NCBI GenBank assembly: GCA_041658645.1
Contig: JBAZZV010000002.1
Coordinates: 107,907-171,906 of the forward strand
DNA: 64,000 nt
Source: Candidatus Margulisiibacteriota bacterium
GTDB taxonomy: Bacteria; Margulisbacteria; WOR-1; O2-12-FULL-45-9; XYB2-FULL-48-7
Direction: 5' to 3'
The notes beneath the pieces are model-generated. The model did no database searches and was not told where the DNA came from. It saw only the letters and a program-made list of their open reading frames with translations. A program made the translations under genes and the position numbers. Below are positions 47,632-57,639 of the stretch, one piece after another. How positions within the stretch are numbered: the stretch's first letter is position 1; each line of letters begins with the position of its first letter.

Positions 47632-48228
47632 CTATTCGTAAATTAAGTGGGAACTGAAACCTTTGGCCGCCAGCTTGCCGCGCAGTTCCTCGGCGATCGC
47701 TTTCGTCCGGTAAGCGCCGACCTGGACCCGCCAGCCGCTCCCCGCTTTTCTGATAAAGACATCGAAGCCGCTGGTACTCAATTTGTCAGCCAGTTGTTTC
47801 GCGGCCTCTTTATCGGCAAATAGACCAGCCTGGACCTTGTAATAACCTTTGCCAACCGTAACCGCCTTTGCCGCCGCTGCCGCCTGTTTCCGGCAAAGGA
47901 CCTTTTTTTTCGGCGTTTGCTTGACGGCTTTTTTCGCTTCCGTGGACAACGCCGCCTGCAACCTTTGCAACGCCCGGATCGATTCGGGCGGCTCCGGGAT
48001 CGGCGCTGCGATCTTGGCCTCCGGCGTTTTCTTGACCGGGGAGAGGATCCGCGATCCCAACTGGAAGCTGACAAAGAAACTGGCCGCGACGATCAAGACC
48101 AGCACCAAGAAAACAAAAAGGTTCTTTAACCCGCCGCTTACCGGCCGCTCCTCGGGCAACGGATCGTCATCCGGCCGGGGAGGCGGGAAACCGCCCGGAG
48201 GATTGATGTTAAGAAATTCTTCGGCCAT
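47632..48228 (-). CDS. SPOR-domain membrane protein
   Basis: TM helix; Pro/Lys-rich linker; C-terminal SPOR-like fold motif (GYYKVQAGLFADKEAA...RVQVGAY). Confidence 0.55.
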   Translation of the reverse strand: MAEEFLNINPPGGFPPPRPDDDPLPEERPVSGGLKNLFVFLVLVLIVAASFFVSFQLGSRILSPVKKTPEAKIAAPIPEPPESIRALQRLQAALSTEAKKAVKQTPKKKVLCRKQAAAAAKAVTVGKGYYKVQAGLFADKEAAKQLADKLSTSGFDVFIRKAGSGWRVQVGAYRTKAIAEELRGKLAAKGFSSHLIYE

Positions 48229-48250
48229 CGCATTTGTATTCTACTATATA

Positions 48251-49402
48251 CTAAGCCCGAGGGTCAAGGAGTTTCAGCGCGTCGGCCGCTAAAAAGAGAG
48301 AACCGGCGATAACCCGCGCCTCGCCGGCTGTTTGTTTTAAAGCCGTCTTAAGCGGCAGCGGCTCGGTCCCACCCAGCTGGGTGGCGGCTTGCCGGTGGGA
48401 TGACCGGGTGATAATTATTTTTTTAGCCAGGGGGGCGATCAGCCGCAGCATCTCCGCCGCGTCCTTGTCCCCCTGCGCCCCGATGATAAAGGTGAATTTT
48501 GTGTCGGGATACTCCGCCTTCAGGGTCGCGACCAGCGTCGCCATCCCGGCCGGATTATGGGCGCCGTCCACGATGGTCAGCGGCCGGCGGGCAACGACCT
48601 GGAAACGGGCCGGCCAGTTGGTCCGGGCCAAGCCCCGCAAGATCGCCTCCTTGTCGGCCTTTATCCCGGCCAGCCGGACAGCCGCCAAGGCGCAGGCGGC
48701 ATTAATTTTCTGGTGTTCGCCGATCAGGCCACTGCTCAATCCAGCTCCCTGGCTGTTGACCTGGATCAGCACGCTCCCATTTTTCTCCGCCTGGTACTGC
48801 AGGACCTTCAAGGCCGCCGGTTTTTGTTCGCCGGTGATCACCGGCACTCGCGGCTTGATGATCCCCCCCTTTTCAATGGCGATCTTGGCCAGCGTATTAC
48901 CCAGCACCGCCTTATGTTCGAGATCAATATTGGTGATCACCGAAACCAGCGGCGTCAGGACATTGGTCGCATCAAGACGCCCCCCCAGGCCGACTTCTAC
49001 CACCGCGTAATCGATCTTCTTCTCCGCGAAATACCAAAAAGCAACCGCCGTCAGGACCTCAAAGACGGTCGGCTGTTCTGGCCAGGAACGGCTTAGCGCC
49101 TCGACCTTGGCTAAACCCCGCTTAAAGTCCGAGCGTGAAATATCACGACCATTGATTTTAATTCTTTCCCTAAAATCGAAAAGATGAGGAGAAGTATACA
49201 GCCCGACTTTATAGCCGGACTCTTTCAGGATCGAGGCGATCATCACGCAAGTCGAACCTTTGCCGTTCGTCCCGGCAACGTGGAGCGACTGGAACCGGAG
49301 CTGCGGGTTACCGAGCTCTTTCAGGAGCCGCTCGATCCGCTCTAACCCCAGGTTGATACCGAATTTATCCAGGGAAAGAAGATATTTATTCCCCTCACCC
49401 AT
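48251..49402 (-). CDS. folC: Folylpolyglutamate synthase / dihydrofolate synthase
   Basis: HVAGTNGKGST P-loop; Mur-ligase fold; start set at the ATG giving MGEGNKYL (an upstream in-frame GTG is also possible). Confidence 0.8.
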   Translation of the reverse strand: MGEGNKYLLSLDKFGINLGLERIERLLKELGNPQLRFQSLHVAGTNGKGSTCVMIASILKESGYKVGLYTSPHLFDFRERIKINGRDISRSDFKRGLAKVEALSRSWPEQPTVFEVLTAVAFWYFAEKKIDYAVVEVGLGGRLDATNVLTPLVSVITNIDLEHKAVLGNTLAKIAIEKGGIIKPRVPVITGEQKPAALKVLQYQAEKNGSVLIQVNSQGAGLSSGLIGEHQKINAACALAAVRLAGIKADKEAILRGLARTNWPARFQVVARRPLTIVDGAHNPAGMATLVATLKAEYPDTKFTFIIGAQGDKDAAEMLRLIAPLAKKIIITRSSHRQAATQLGGTEPLPLKTALKQTAGEARVIAGSLFLAADALKLLDPRA

Positions 49403-49521
49403 CTGCGCAAACACTCACACCCTCTCCCAAAGGGAGAGGGTGACTCGCACTTTTTTCCAGGCATTTTCCCCCTCTCCCTCAGGGAGAGGGGTCTTCGTTT
49501 TGGTAGAGCGGAGGTGAGGGC
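49391..49521. mobile_element. MITE-like hairpin repeat element, copy 2, intergenic; left TIR overlaps the folC start codon
   Basis: cccctcaccc...CACCCTCTCCC-AAA-GGGAGAGGGTG...CCCCCTCTCCC-TCA-GGGAGAGGGG...tggtagagcggaggtgagggc; TIRs CCCTCACC/GGTGAGGG. Confidence 0.55.
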
Positions 49522-49538
49522 TGTTAAATTTCATTCCA

Positions 49539-50159
49539 TTAAAAGAACTTCATCATCATCAGGTTATAGATCAGGTCAACAATGGACCAGAGCAAAGTCT
49601 GGGTCAGTGGGAAAGTCAGGATAAAGAACAGAATGATCATGCCATACGGCTCCAGCCGCTCGATCGCCGCCGCCTGCTCATAAGGGAGGAACATGGCGGC
49701 TAGCTTGGAGCCGTCTAAAGGCGGGATCGGGATCAGGTTAAAGATAGCCAGAACAATGTTGATATGTACGCCATAATTCAAGACTTCCTTTAGCAGATAA
49801 ACCAAGGAACTACCGTTATCCGGCATTACTTTCAGGACCGTCGCCAGGATCCAGGCAAGGAACAAATTGGTCAAGATGCCGGCTGCGCTAACCCAAATCA
49901 TCCCCCTGCGATAATTACTAAAATTGTATGGATTGATCGGTACCGGTTTGGCCCAACCGAATATAATCGGCGAACCTATCACCACCAGAATGATCGGCAA
50001 GATCGTCCCGAACGGATCAATATGTGGTATAGGATTCAAAGTCAATCGGCCACCCAACCGAGCGGTCGGGTCCCCCATCAGTTCGGCCGCTTTGCCATGC
50101 GCGATCTCATGCAGGATGATAGAATAAAGCAAGATCAAAGCAATTAATAAGAATCCCAT
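49539..50159 (-). CDS. Site-2 protease family (peptidase M50) membrane metalloprotease
   Basis: HEIAH motif within a TM helix; polytopic membrane protein. Confidence 0.55.
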   Translation of the reverse strand: MGFLLIALILLYSIILHEIAHGKAAELMGDPTARLGGRLTLNPIPHIDPFGTILPIILVVIGSPIIFGWAKPVPINPYNFSNYRRGMIWVSAAGILTNLFLAWILATVLKVMPDNGSSLVYLLKEVLNYGVHINIVLAIFNLIPIPPLDGSKLAAMFLPYEQAAAIERLEPYGMIILFFILTFPLTQTLLWSIVDLIYNLMMMKFF

Positions 50160-50160
50160 T

Positions 50161-51042
50161 TTATGCCCTCGGGTGCGCCTTTAAGTACATTTTCTTCAAC
50201 CGCTCGCGCGAGACGGAAGTATAGATCTGCGTCGTCGCAATATCAGCGTGCCCCAGCATTTCCTGGACCGAGCGGAGGTCCGCCCCTTTCTCCAACAGAT
50301 GGGTGGCAAAAGAATGGCGGAGGGTGTGGGGAGAAGTCTTCGACTTGACCCCGCTCCGTTTGACATATTTTTTCAGGACCAACCACAACCCCTGCCGGCT
50401 CAACCGCTCGCCGTTCTTGTCAAGGAAGAGGGCAACTTTATCTTTGATCGGGAACTGCGGCCGCCCGGCTTCCAGATAATGTTTGAGGGCGTCGAGCGCT
50501 ATCTGGCCGATCGGCACCACCCGCTCCTTCGACCCTTTGCCAAAACAGCGGACAAAAGAGACCTCCAGATTGATGTCGTCCAGGTTCAGGCCGATGATCT
50601 CCGAAGCGCGCATCCCGCTGGCGTACAGCAATTCCAAAAGGGCCGCGTCACGCAAGGCCCAAGGATCGTTGCCGCGCGGGGAAGAAACTAGCCGGGCCGC
50701 TTCGTTGATCGTCAAGGCCTTAGGAAGGCGTTTGGCTTTCTTTGGTAAATGAAAATCACCGGTCGGGTCGGTTGCCACCTTCCCCTCGCCAATCAAATAA
50801 TGGAAAAAAGATTTGAGACAGGCCATTTTCCGCTCCAGCGAGGCGGCGGAAAAACCGTGGTTGCTTAAGTAATCGATATATTTTTTAATGACCTCGCGGT
50901 CGATCTCCAACAATTCTTTCGGCCGGGTAAAACGGACAAAGTGATCAAGGTCGCGGTAGTACGCCTTGATCGTGTTGACGGCGTACCCGCGCTCGATCTG
51001 GATATAAGAGATAAAATCTTTAACGGTCGCTCTCACTCCCAT
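50161..51042 (-). CDS. Tyrosine recombinase XerC/XerD-like
   Basis: R..HxxR..Y catalytic pattern (HTLRHSFATHLL ... IYT); N-terminal SAM-like domain. Confidence 0.8.
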   Translation of the reverse strand: MGVRATVKDFISYIQIERGYAVNTIKAYYRDLDHFVRFTRPKELLEIDREVIKKYIDYLSNHGFSAASLERKMACLKSFFHYLIGEGKVATDPTGDFHLPKKAKRLPKALTINEAARLVSSPRGNDPWALRDAALLELLYASGMRASEIIGLNLDDINLEVSFVRCFGKGSKERVVPIGQIALDALKHYLEAGRPQFPIKDKVALFLDKNGERLSRQGLWLVLKKYVKRSGVKSKTSPHTLRHSFATHLLEKGADLRSVQEMLGHADIATTQIYTSVSRERLKKMYLKAHPRA

Positions 51043-51572
51043 TCCCCCCGCTGCCAGAGTCCGGCCAGCTGAATCCCGATCAGTGTCTTGCTATCTTTGA
51101 TCGTCCCGGACCGGGCCAATTCCAGGCAGGCGGCCATATCGACCAACTCGACCTCGATCCGCTCGTCTTCATCGGGCCTTTGGGCCGCCCGGGTCAACCC
51201 GCTGGCCATGAAAAAGGCTATTTTCTCGTCAGAATAACCGGGCGAAGAATAACCTTCCCACAATTTTTGGATATGCGCCGCAAGGTAACCTGTCTCTTCC
51301 GTCAGCTCGCGCCGGGCGGCTTCTTCCCCGCTCTCCCCTTTGGCCGGCACGCCGGCCGGCAGTTCGAGCAAAGTTTCGCCGGTAGCGTAACGGAACTGGC
51401 TAACCAAGACCAGCTCATCTTCAGCGGTAATAGCCATGATCGCCACCGCCCCCGGATGATGGACCACTTCGCGCGTCGCTTCAACGCCGTCAGACAACTT
51501 GACCCGGTCAGACTCGACTTTTATCAAGCGTCCGGAAAAAACGACCTCGCCGCTTATTTTCTTTTCTTCCAT
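51033..51572 (-). CDS. NUDIX hydrolase
   Basis: Nudix box GESGEEAARRELTEETG. Confidence 0.7.
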   Translation of the reverse strand: MEEKKISGEVVFSGRLIKVESDRVKLSDGVEATREVVHHPGAVAIMAITAEDELVLVSQFRYATGETLLELPAGVPAKGESGEEAARRELTEETGYLAAHIQKLWEGYSSPGYSDEKIAFFMASGLTRAAQRPDEDERIEVELVDMAACLELARSGTIKDSKTLIGIQLAGLWQRGEWE

Positions 51573-52678
51573 TCTGCCGCTCCTGTAATGATCTTCAAGA
51601 CCATCTCCGTCCCCCGGACAAGGTCAGAAATTTTGATCTGTTCGCGCGTCGTATGCACGTTATGGGCACCGACCCCGAGGATCACGGTCGGCAAGCCGCG
51701 CTCGTTAAAGACATTGGCATCCGACCCGCCGCCAGTCGGCTTGATGATCGGCAGAACACCGGCCGCGCGCATCCCCGCCAGGACAACGCGCATCACTTGG
51801 CTCGAAGGGCTAAGCTCGAAAGAACGGTATATCCGCTCTACTTTCAGCTTGAGCCGCGCCCGGTACTTGCGGGCCGCTTTGAAAAGTAACCGCTCCATAT
51901 GCTCGACCTGGCGCTGCAGTTTGCGCCGGCTATGACTGCGCGCTTCGCCGCGCAGTTCCACTTCATCCGGGATGATATTGGTCGCCTTACCACCCTTTAT
52001 CACGCCAATATTAGCGGTCGTTTCCGGGTCGATCCGGCCGAGCTTCATCCCGGCGATCGCCTCGCTGGCCACCTTGATGGCATTGACCCCGTCTTCCGGG
52101 TGGATCCCGGCGTGGGCCGCCCGGCCGATGATCGTCGCCGTCAAGTTATATTGCGTCGGCGCTTGATTGACGACCTTCTCGACCACCCCGCCGTCGAGTG
52201 TCAGGCCAAAGTCAGCCTGCAGCGCCTTATCCGGCAGGACCTTCGCCCCCAGCAAGCCGATCTCCTCTGCGACGGTAAAAATCACGACCAGTGGCGGATG
52301 TTTAAGCTTCCGCTCTTTTAAGACGCGGAGGATCTCGACGATCGCGACTACTCCGGCCTTATTATCCGCGCCCAGGATCGTGCCGCCATCCGGGCGGATA
52401 ACACCGTGCCGCTCGACCGGCTTGATCTTTTTTCCCGGAGAGACCGTGTCCAGATGGGCATTGATCATCACGCGGGGACTTTTCACTCCCTGACCCGGGA
52501 CAAAGGCGATCAGATTGCCGATCTCGCCCCCGGTTAAATGGCCACTCTGCCGGGTACGGATCCCGAGCGCCCTAAGTTCACGCTGGACCCATTTGGCCGC
52601 TCCGGCTTCACGCAAAGACAAACTGTCGATGCGGACCAGCTGTTTGAAACTATTAACCAGTCGGCGTTTATTGATCAT
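51554..52678 (-). CDS. M20-family metallopeptidase / deacylase (ArgE/DapE-like)
   Basis: 374 aa with M20 metal-binding His/Asp/Glu pattern. Confidence 0.6.
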   Translation of the reverse strand: MINKRRLVNSFKQLVRIDSLSLREAGAAKWVQRELRALGIRTRQSGHLTGGEIGNLIAFVPGQGVKSPRVMINAHLDTVSPGKKIKPVERHGVIRPDGGTILGADNKAGVVAIVEILRVLKERKLKHPPLVVIFTVAEEIGLLGAKVLPDKALQADFGLTLDGGVVEKVVNQAPTQYNLTATIIGRAAHAGIHPEDGVNAIKVASEAIAGMKLGRIDPETTANIGVIKGGKATNIIPDEVELRGEARSHSRRKLQRQVEHMERLLFKAARKYRARLKLKVERIYRSFELSPSSQVMRVVLAGMRAAGVLPIIKPTGGGSDANVFNERGLPTVILGVGAHNVHTTREQIKISDLVRGTEMVLKIITGAAEWKKRK

Positions 52679-53643
52679 TTAAAATGCTCGTACCCTTTGG
52701 CGTTAGCTGGAGTGATCCCGGCGCTTTTTGGGGCGATCGCTCCAACCACCGTCACCTTGGTGCCGGTCCGGCGCCGCACCAGTTCCATCAACTTGATCGC
52801 CTTGTTCTTTGGCGCGGTCAAGACCAGCTCGTACTCTTCCCCGCCGTTCAGCGCCTGGTCCGGGGTCGCTCCGGCGGCCCGCGGCACCAGCTCTGTCCAA
52901 ATCTTAGCACCTGTCCGGCTCTGCCGGCAAATCTCCCGGACCGAACGCATCAGCCCGTCGCTCGAGTCGATCATGGCGGTAGCTAAACGGGAGCGGGCAA
53001 TAGTTTGCGCTTCAGTAACGCGTAACGCGTAACACGCCGTGCCTGCCGGCAGGCAGATAACGCGATATTTTTGAGCGGCTGGGCCGCCGAACTCGCCGGT
53101 CACCAGGACCAGATCACCCGGCTTCGCCCCACCGCGGGTCATTAGTTGCCGTTGTTCAACTTCTCCCAGCAAAGTAACACTAATGATAAGTTCTTTAGGG
53201 GAAGAGATGGTATCGCCGCCGATTATATCTATCTGGTATTTTCTGGCCAGCTGTTTGAGCCCGCTGTAGAGGAGCTCGATATTTTCCGCCTGGAAGTTTT
53301 TACTCGCCCCGATCGTCACCAAAGCGTAAGTTGGCACCCCGCCCATCGCCGCAATGTCGGAAATATTGGCCGCCAGCACTTTTTCACCCAAAGCTTTATA
53401 AGAAATACCCTTGGTCTTAAAATGAACATTCTCCACAAACGTGTCAGTGGTAATTAACAATAACTTTTGTAGTTTTTGTTTTGTGATTTTGGATTTGTTT
53501 TGATGTTTGAAGTTGGATGTTTGAAGTTTGATCGCTGCGGCATCATCCCCGATCCCAATCAGCACGTTCTTCGAGGCTGGTTTGCCGATCTGCTTGGCCA
53601 GCAGTTCGATCAGACCGAATTCTCCGAGTTGCGCTAGCTTCAC
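52675..53643 (-). CDS. thiL: Thiamine-monophosphate kinase (contains in-frame heptamer-array insertion)
   Basis: GEFGLIELL...IGIGDDAA N-terminus; AIR synthase-related fold. Confidence 0.8.
   Translation of the reverse strand: MKLAQLGEFGLIELLAKQIGKPASKNVLIGIGDDAAAIKLQTSNFKHQNKSKITKQKLQKLLLITTDTFVENVHFKTKGISYKALGEKVLAANISDIAAMGGVPTYALVTIGASKNFQAENIELLYSGLKQLARKYQIDIIGGDTISSPKELIISVTLLGEVEQRQLMTRGGAKPGDLVLVTGEFGGPAAQKYRVICLPAGTACYALRVTEAQTIARSRLATAMIDSSDGLMRSVREICRQSRTGAKIWTELVPRAAGATPDQALNGGEEYELVLTAPKNKAIKLMELVRRRTGTKVTVVGAIAPKSAGITPANAKGYEHFK
53466..53530. repeat. G/T-rich heptanucleotide tandem array (STRR-like), in frame inside thiL
   Basis: gatgttt gaagttg gatgttt gaagttt units shared with the dprA array; encodes KLQTSNFKHQNKSKITKQ, inserted between conserved ThiL blocks. 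Confidence 0.5.
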
Positions 53644-53717
53644 AATTTGTAAATTATATCACGAAAATACGACTTTTTTAGCGCATTTTTTGACCTAATT
53701 ATTACGATAATACATAT

Positions 53718-54137
53718 ATGAAGAGAACATCAAAAAGGGCTGTCGACTATGCGTTCATTATAGCGTCATTTTTGTTGATTTTATGCTTTATTCCTTTGGG
53801 TTACCTGCTCACACCGCGGGGGGTCCCGCGCGGCTATAAGGTCATGCACGGAGGGACGATCCTCGCCTCGGCCTATAATTCCCTACCCGGCCAGACCGAC
53901 AGCTCCCCCTGGATCACCGCCTCCGGGACCCGCTGTCGCGAAGGGGTCATCGCTTCCAACCACTTCCCGATCGGGACCAAGATCATGATCGAAGGATATA
54001 AGGGAAAAGTCTTTGTGGTTGAGGACCGGATGAACAGGAGATACAAGAAGAAGATCGATATCTGGTTCAGAGACTACGATGACGCGATCAAGTTCGGCGT
54101 GCGCAAGGTCAAATATTACGTTTTAGCTTCAGTTTAA
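53718..54137 (+). CDS. 3D-domain (MltA-like) secreted protein
   Basis: TM/signal; 3D-domain-like acidic residues in GKVFVVEDRMN...DIWF. Confidence 0.5.
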   Translation: MKRTSKRAVDYAFIIASFLLILCFIPLGYLLTPRGVPRGYKVMHGGTILASAYNSLPGQTDSSPWITASGTRCREGVIASNHFPIGTKIMIEGYKGKVFVVEDRMNRRYKKKIDIWFRDYDDAIKFGVRKVKYYVLASV

Positions 54138-54155
54138 TACTTAATAGGTTTGAAT

Positions 54156-54521
54156 TTATTTCTCGTAGCTTTTCAATTGATTGATCAGTTTCCCGTCGCA
54201 AGATTCGACAATAAACAGGTCACCTCTATCGTCCCGCCAAAATATGCCGATCTCGTACGATTTATTCCTGGGCAATGAGTTCCGCACCGATTTCATGGCC
54301 GCTTCCAGGCTCAGGTTTGAGGCCGATAAAGCTGTTTGTAATTGCTCACAATATCCGGGATCAAACAACTCATTAACATTGGTGTGGATTGTAGCTATCC
54401 CGGACCGGCCAACCCCAATGGGCTTTGTTTTAAAGCGCAACATGACCTGGACCGCAATATCAACCCGCGGCAAATTGATTTTGTCCCTGTATAGATTATA
54501 GACCCTCGTCCCGCTTATCAT
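54156..54521 (-). CDS. Hypothetical protein
   Basis: 121 aa ORF, low GC. Confidence 0.3.
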   Translation of the reverse strand: MISGTRVYNLYRDKINLPRVDIAVQVMLRFKTKPIGVGRSGIATIHTNVNELFDPGYCEQLQTALSASNLSLEAAMKSVRNSLPRNKSYEIGIFWRDDRGDLFIVESCDGKLINQLKSYEK

Positions 54522-54613
54522 AAGTCCTCCTCATCTCTTGGCTAATATGTTTCGAACATATTTCCTGGATATTTCAGTCGAACTTACCTGATCTTTGAAA
54601 TTCTGGGCTGGTT

Positions 54614-55510
54614 TTGACGATATATTATGTAGAGAAACCTATGAGAGTCCCAAGTGTTGAATACAATCGAACCAGACAAATAATGCTTAGCGCAGGCCTC
54701 TCCAAAAGCATACCTTTCGAAGTAAGTATTTCGCGGAATGCCCCCATTCCTATTCAGCAGGCGGAAAGGATCATTGCAGCTGTGACCCAACGGCTGTCAC
54801 GCTCTCCATTTAATTCATTTATCGGCGCAAAACCAATTAACATCAAATTTGTTACCAGCGAAGAAATGGATAAGCTTGGCTATACTGATCTTTTCCGTCG
54901 CGGGGCCAACAATAATTACTCCGCCCCCGAACTTGCCAATAAAATGTCGCCGAGCGGAGCCTACGATCCCCTGAAAGATACAGTTTTTGTTAACTGCAGA
55001 TCGCTTGACCGGCCGAAAAAGTACCTGGAAGTTTTAACTCATGAATTTCTGCATGCTTACAGCACTGAAATAACTGAGATCGAGCCGGGGATCATTTCTT
55101 TAAGAAGTGGGTTAAGAACCAGCATCATTGACAAAGCAAACAAACGGGAATTAAGAAAAAGCGGAGAATATTTAAATGAGGGCCTTACGGAATATCTGCG
55201 TATCCTGGCCGGCGACGGGCCGACCTTCGGTGTCTACGTTCCGTTGGTTGAGGCGATCGGGATCGTGGCCCAACAGGTGGGGATCGATCTTTTAATGAAA
55301 GCATATTTCAAGGAAGGGCCAACACTATTAGAAAGAGCTTTTGACGGCATTCACGGTGCTAAAGCCTATTTGGAATTATCTTCACTGGCACATACGGTCG
55401 GGACCAGGAATAGCATTAGAGCCGAAGCTCGGAATGGCGAAGACCTAGCGGGTTTCGTTAGATACGGATTTGAATACTACATCATGAAAGAATGGAATAC
55501 GCAAAGATAA
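54614..55510 (+). CDS. Hypothetical protein with HExxH (HEFLH) zinc-metalloprotease-like motif
   Basis: 298 aa; VLTHEFLHAY. Confidence 0.35.
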   Translation: MTIYYVEKPMRVPSVEYNRTRQIMLSAGLSKSIPFEVSISRNAPIPIQQAERIIAAVTQRLSRSPFNSFIGAKPINIKFVTSEEMDKLGYTDLFRRGANNNYSAPELANKMSPSGAYDPLKDTVFVNCRSLDRPKKYLEVLTHEFLHAYSTEITEIEPGIISLRSGLRTSIIDKANKRELRKSGEYLNEGLTEYLRILAGDGPTFGVYVPLVEAIGIVAQQVGIDLLMKAYFKEGPTLLERAFDGIHGAKAYLELSSLAHTVGTRNSIRAEARNGEDLAGFVRYGFEYYIMKEWNTQR

Positions 55511-55690
55511 TTTACACAAAGATCGAACCCCGGCATCTTCAATCGCCAAACTTTCTGGGGAGAGGAGGCGGCGGGTCGGGATGGATGTCTAGCATCAGAT
55601 TATAAATTAGCGAGCTGGTGGAGACTCGGCTAGAATGTATTTTCGAGAAGAAATTCAAACTATTGAAAAGCAAAAACACAGGCTCAACAT

Positions 55691-57289
55691 CTACAAGGGC
55701 CTCATAACAAGCCCCCGCGCGCTATCTCGCTCCGATTCAAATACATCGATCATTTTATTAAAAAGACCATTAATATCCCGCTCTAATCTTCGTGTCTCCC
55801 AAAAACCTAATTTTGAGCATAGTGATTTTTTAGTTGTCGAATAATTATTTTTCTTACTGAATGTTTCGGTCGCCTGATCAAGATCAAGCTTTTCCGTTGG
55901 CACGGCCTTCAACCGATCGATCACTCCCAAGTAAAAAGCGAGAAAATGTTTTTCCAGCAGCCTACTTTCTGCCTGTGAATAAACAAAGGGAAGCCGTTCG
56001 CGGCGTTCCATCATCAGGGCTACCAGCAAGAGCAGTCGCGGGTCTCGCTTGAAACGAAGGTAATCAACCGGGGCCATCGATTTGGAAAATTGGCTTCCAG
56101 GGTCGTAAATAATGTGCGAGCCGATCGAATTGGTTCTAATTTCAACGTTATCGGGATATTCCGCCAAATAAGCTTGCGCCCTTTCAGCTTCTGCTTGTGC
56201 CTCCGCCAGATCCATTTTCCAATCCAGGTTCATGAGACTGAATGAAATAGTTGTTGCTGTGCCCTTGAATAATTCCAGAATATATTTCAATCTTTCTTCC
56301 TGTTTCATTGCCTGCCGCTTGTTTTTATATTTACCGATCCCTACCAGATGGTCGGAAGTAAAGCGTTCAATCCCCAGGCCGATAGTATTGCCGAACCTGG
56401 CGAATCTTTTCCAGGCCTCCGGATGCCTTTTTAACGAAGCGTCAAGTGAATCGACCCGTGACAGAAAGTAGTAACCATGAGGCATATAAGATAGGACCGA
56501 CACAATTGCGGAAGCCCGGTCTGGATTCGCCGTAAAATTGGCTGAAGCAATTCCGATCCCCTTTACTCCTTTTTCTTTCAACTCACGAAGTTCTTGCCCG
56601 ACCAGTTCTGGCGAACGATAATCTATACTTTTAGGGTCATTGCCGCAGTAGAAACAACTTCCCCAGCAGCCGCTTTCCCATTTGACCTGGGCGGTTTCAA
56701 ATCCACCGACATTATAATCCCGGGTAAAATCAAGATCGTCCAATTTCTTTACCGGCAGTGGACTTAAAATATAGGCATTCTTCGTGCACAACATTCCAAA
56801 ACCAAGCCTGTCACCAGAGTCTCGATAGGACATATCGCTAAGTGCTCTTGCAGCTAGTTCGAAATTAAAACCATTGCCTGCATAAGCTTCTATAAATGCT
56901 TCGCCTTCGTTGCTGACCAGTATTAGTTCAGGCCCGCTATCGGACAAACGTGAGAAATAAGGCCCGAATTGTTCTGCATAATAATCAGCATGATATTTAA
57001 TATCCGTCCCGCCGATAACCGTGATCGGTCTTGGCTTTAACGATTTTATTAATTGCTGAGCATCGCTGATCGCATCCTTAGAAGAACCGATAAAGGAGAG
57101 GCCAAGTATTTCCGGCCTAAATTCAGCGATTTCGCGACGTGGATCCAACCCATTTTGAAATATTTTCGTCTGATTGCCATTTTTCTTGCAGATGTTAGCC
57201 ATGGGGACAAGATGAACCGGGTCGCAAAAGCGACTGCCACCATTTGGTTCCTTATAGGGGTTCATATCAACGAAAGCGACTCGTGTCAT
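55691..57289 (-). CDS. B12-binding-domain radical SAM protein
   Basis: CWGSCFYC (CxxxCxxC); N-terminal B12-binding-like Rossmann segment; low GC. Confidence 0.6.
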   Translation of the reverse strand: MTRVAFVDMNPYKEPNGGSRFCDPVHLVPMANICKKNGNQTKIFQNGLDPRREIAEFRPEILGLSFIGSSKDAISDAQQLIKSLKPRPITVIGGTDIKYHADYYAEQFGPYFSRLSDSGPELILVSNEGEAFIEAYAGNGFNFELAARALSDMSYRDSGDRLGFGMLCTKNAYILSPLPVKKLDDLDFTRDYNVGGFETAQVKWESGCWGSCFYCGNDPKSIDYRSPELVGQELRELKEKGVKGIGIASANFTANPDRASAIVSVLSYMPHGYYFLSRVDSLDASLKRHPEAWKRFARFGNTIGLGIERFTSDHLVGIGKYKNKRQAMKQEERLKYILELFKGTATTISFSLMNLDWKMDLAEAQAEAERAQAYLAEYPDNVEIRTNSIGSHIIYDPGSQFSKSMAPVDYLRFKRDPRLLLLVALMMERRERLPFVYSQAESRLLEKHFLAFYLGVIDRLKAVPTEKLDLDQATETFSKKNNYSTTKKSLCSKLGFWETRRLERDINGLFNKMIDVFESERDSARGLVMRPL

Positions 57290-57354
57290 GAATTATTATC
57301 CGAGGATCAGAGGAAATATTTCAGTTTTTCTTCAAGGCTTCCGAGGAGACTTTC

Positions 57355-57639
57355 ATGGCCCGCCGCATCCCGTTTGACAATTCAGCTCAAAACCTGTTAA
57401 ACTTTTCATTAAAGGACGGTGATTCCATTATGACGCCCGCAAAAGCAATGACTGAAGTGTTTGTTGCCGCCTTCAAGGCATTACCTCATTCCGAACAGGA
57501 GTCCTTTTTATCTAAATTAATTAAAGATAAACATTTTAGGGATGATCTCATTGATCTGGCAATTGCTGAAACCAGGAAGCATGAAAAAACCAGGCCTTTT
57601 CACAAGGTCATCGCAGAAATACACGCTGCAAGAAACTAG
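57355..57639 (+). CDS. Putative antitoxin of a type II toxin-antitoxin pair
   Basis: 94 aa; stop/start overlap (ATGA) with the downstream RelE-like gene. Confidence 0.45.
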   Translation: MARRIPFDNSAQNLLNFSLKDGDSIMTPAKAMTEVFVAAFKALPHSEQESFLSKLIKDKHFRDDLIDLAIAETRKHEKTRPFHKVIAEIHAARN

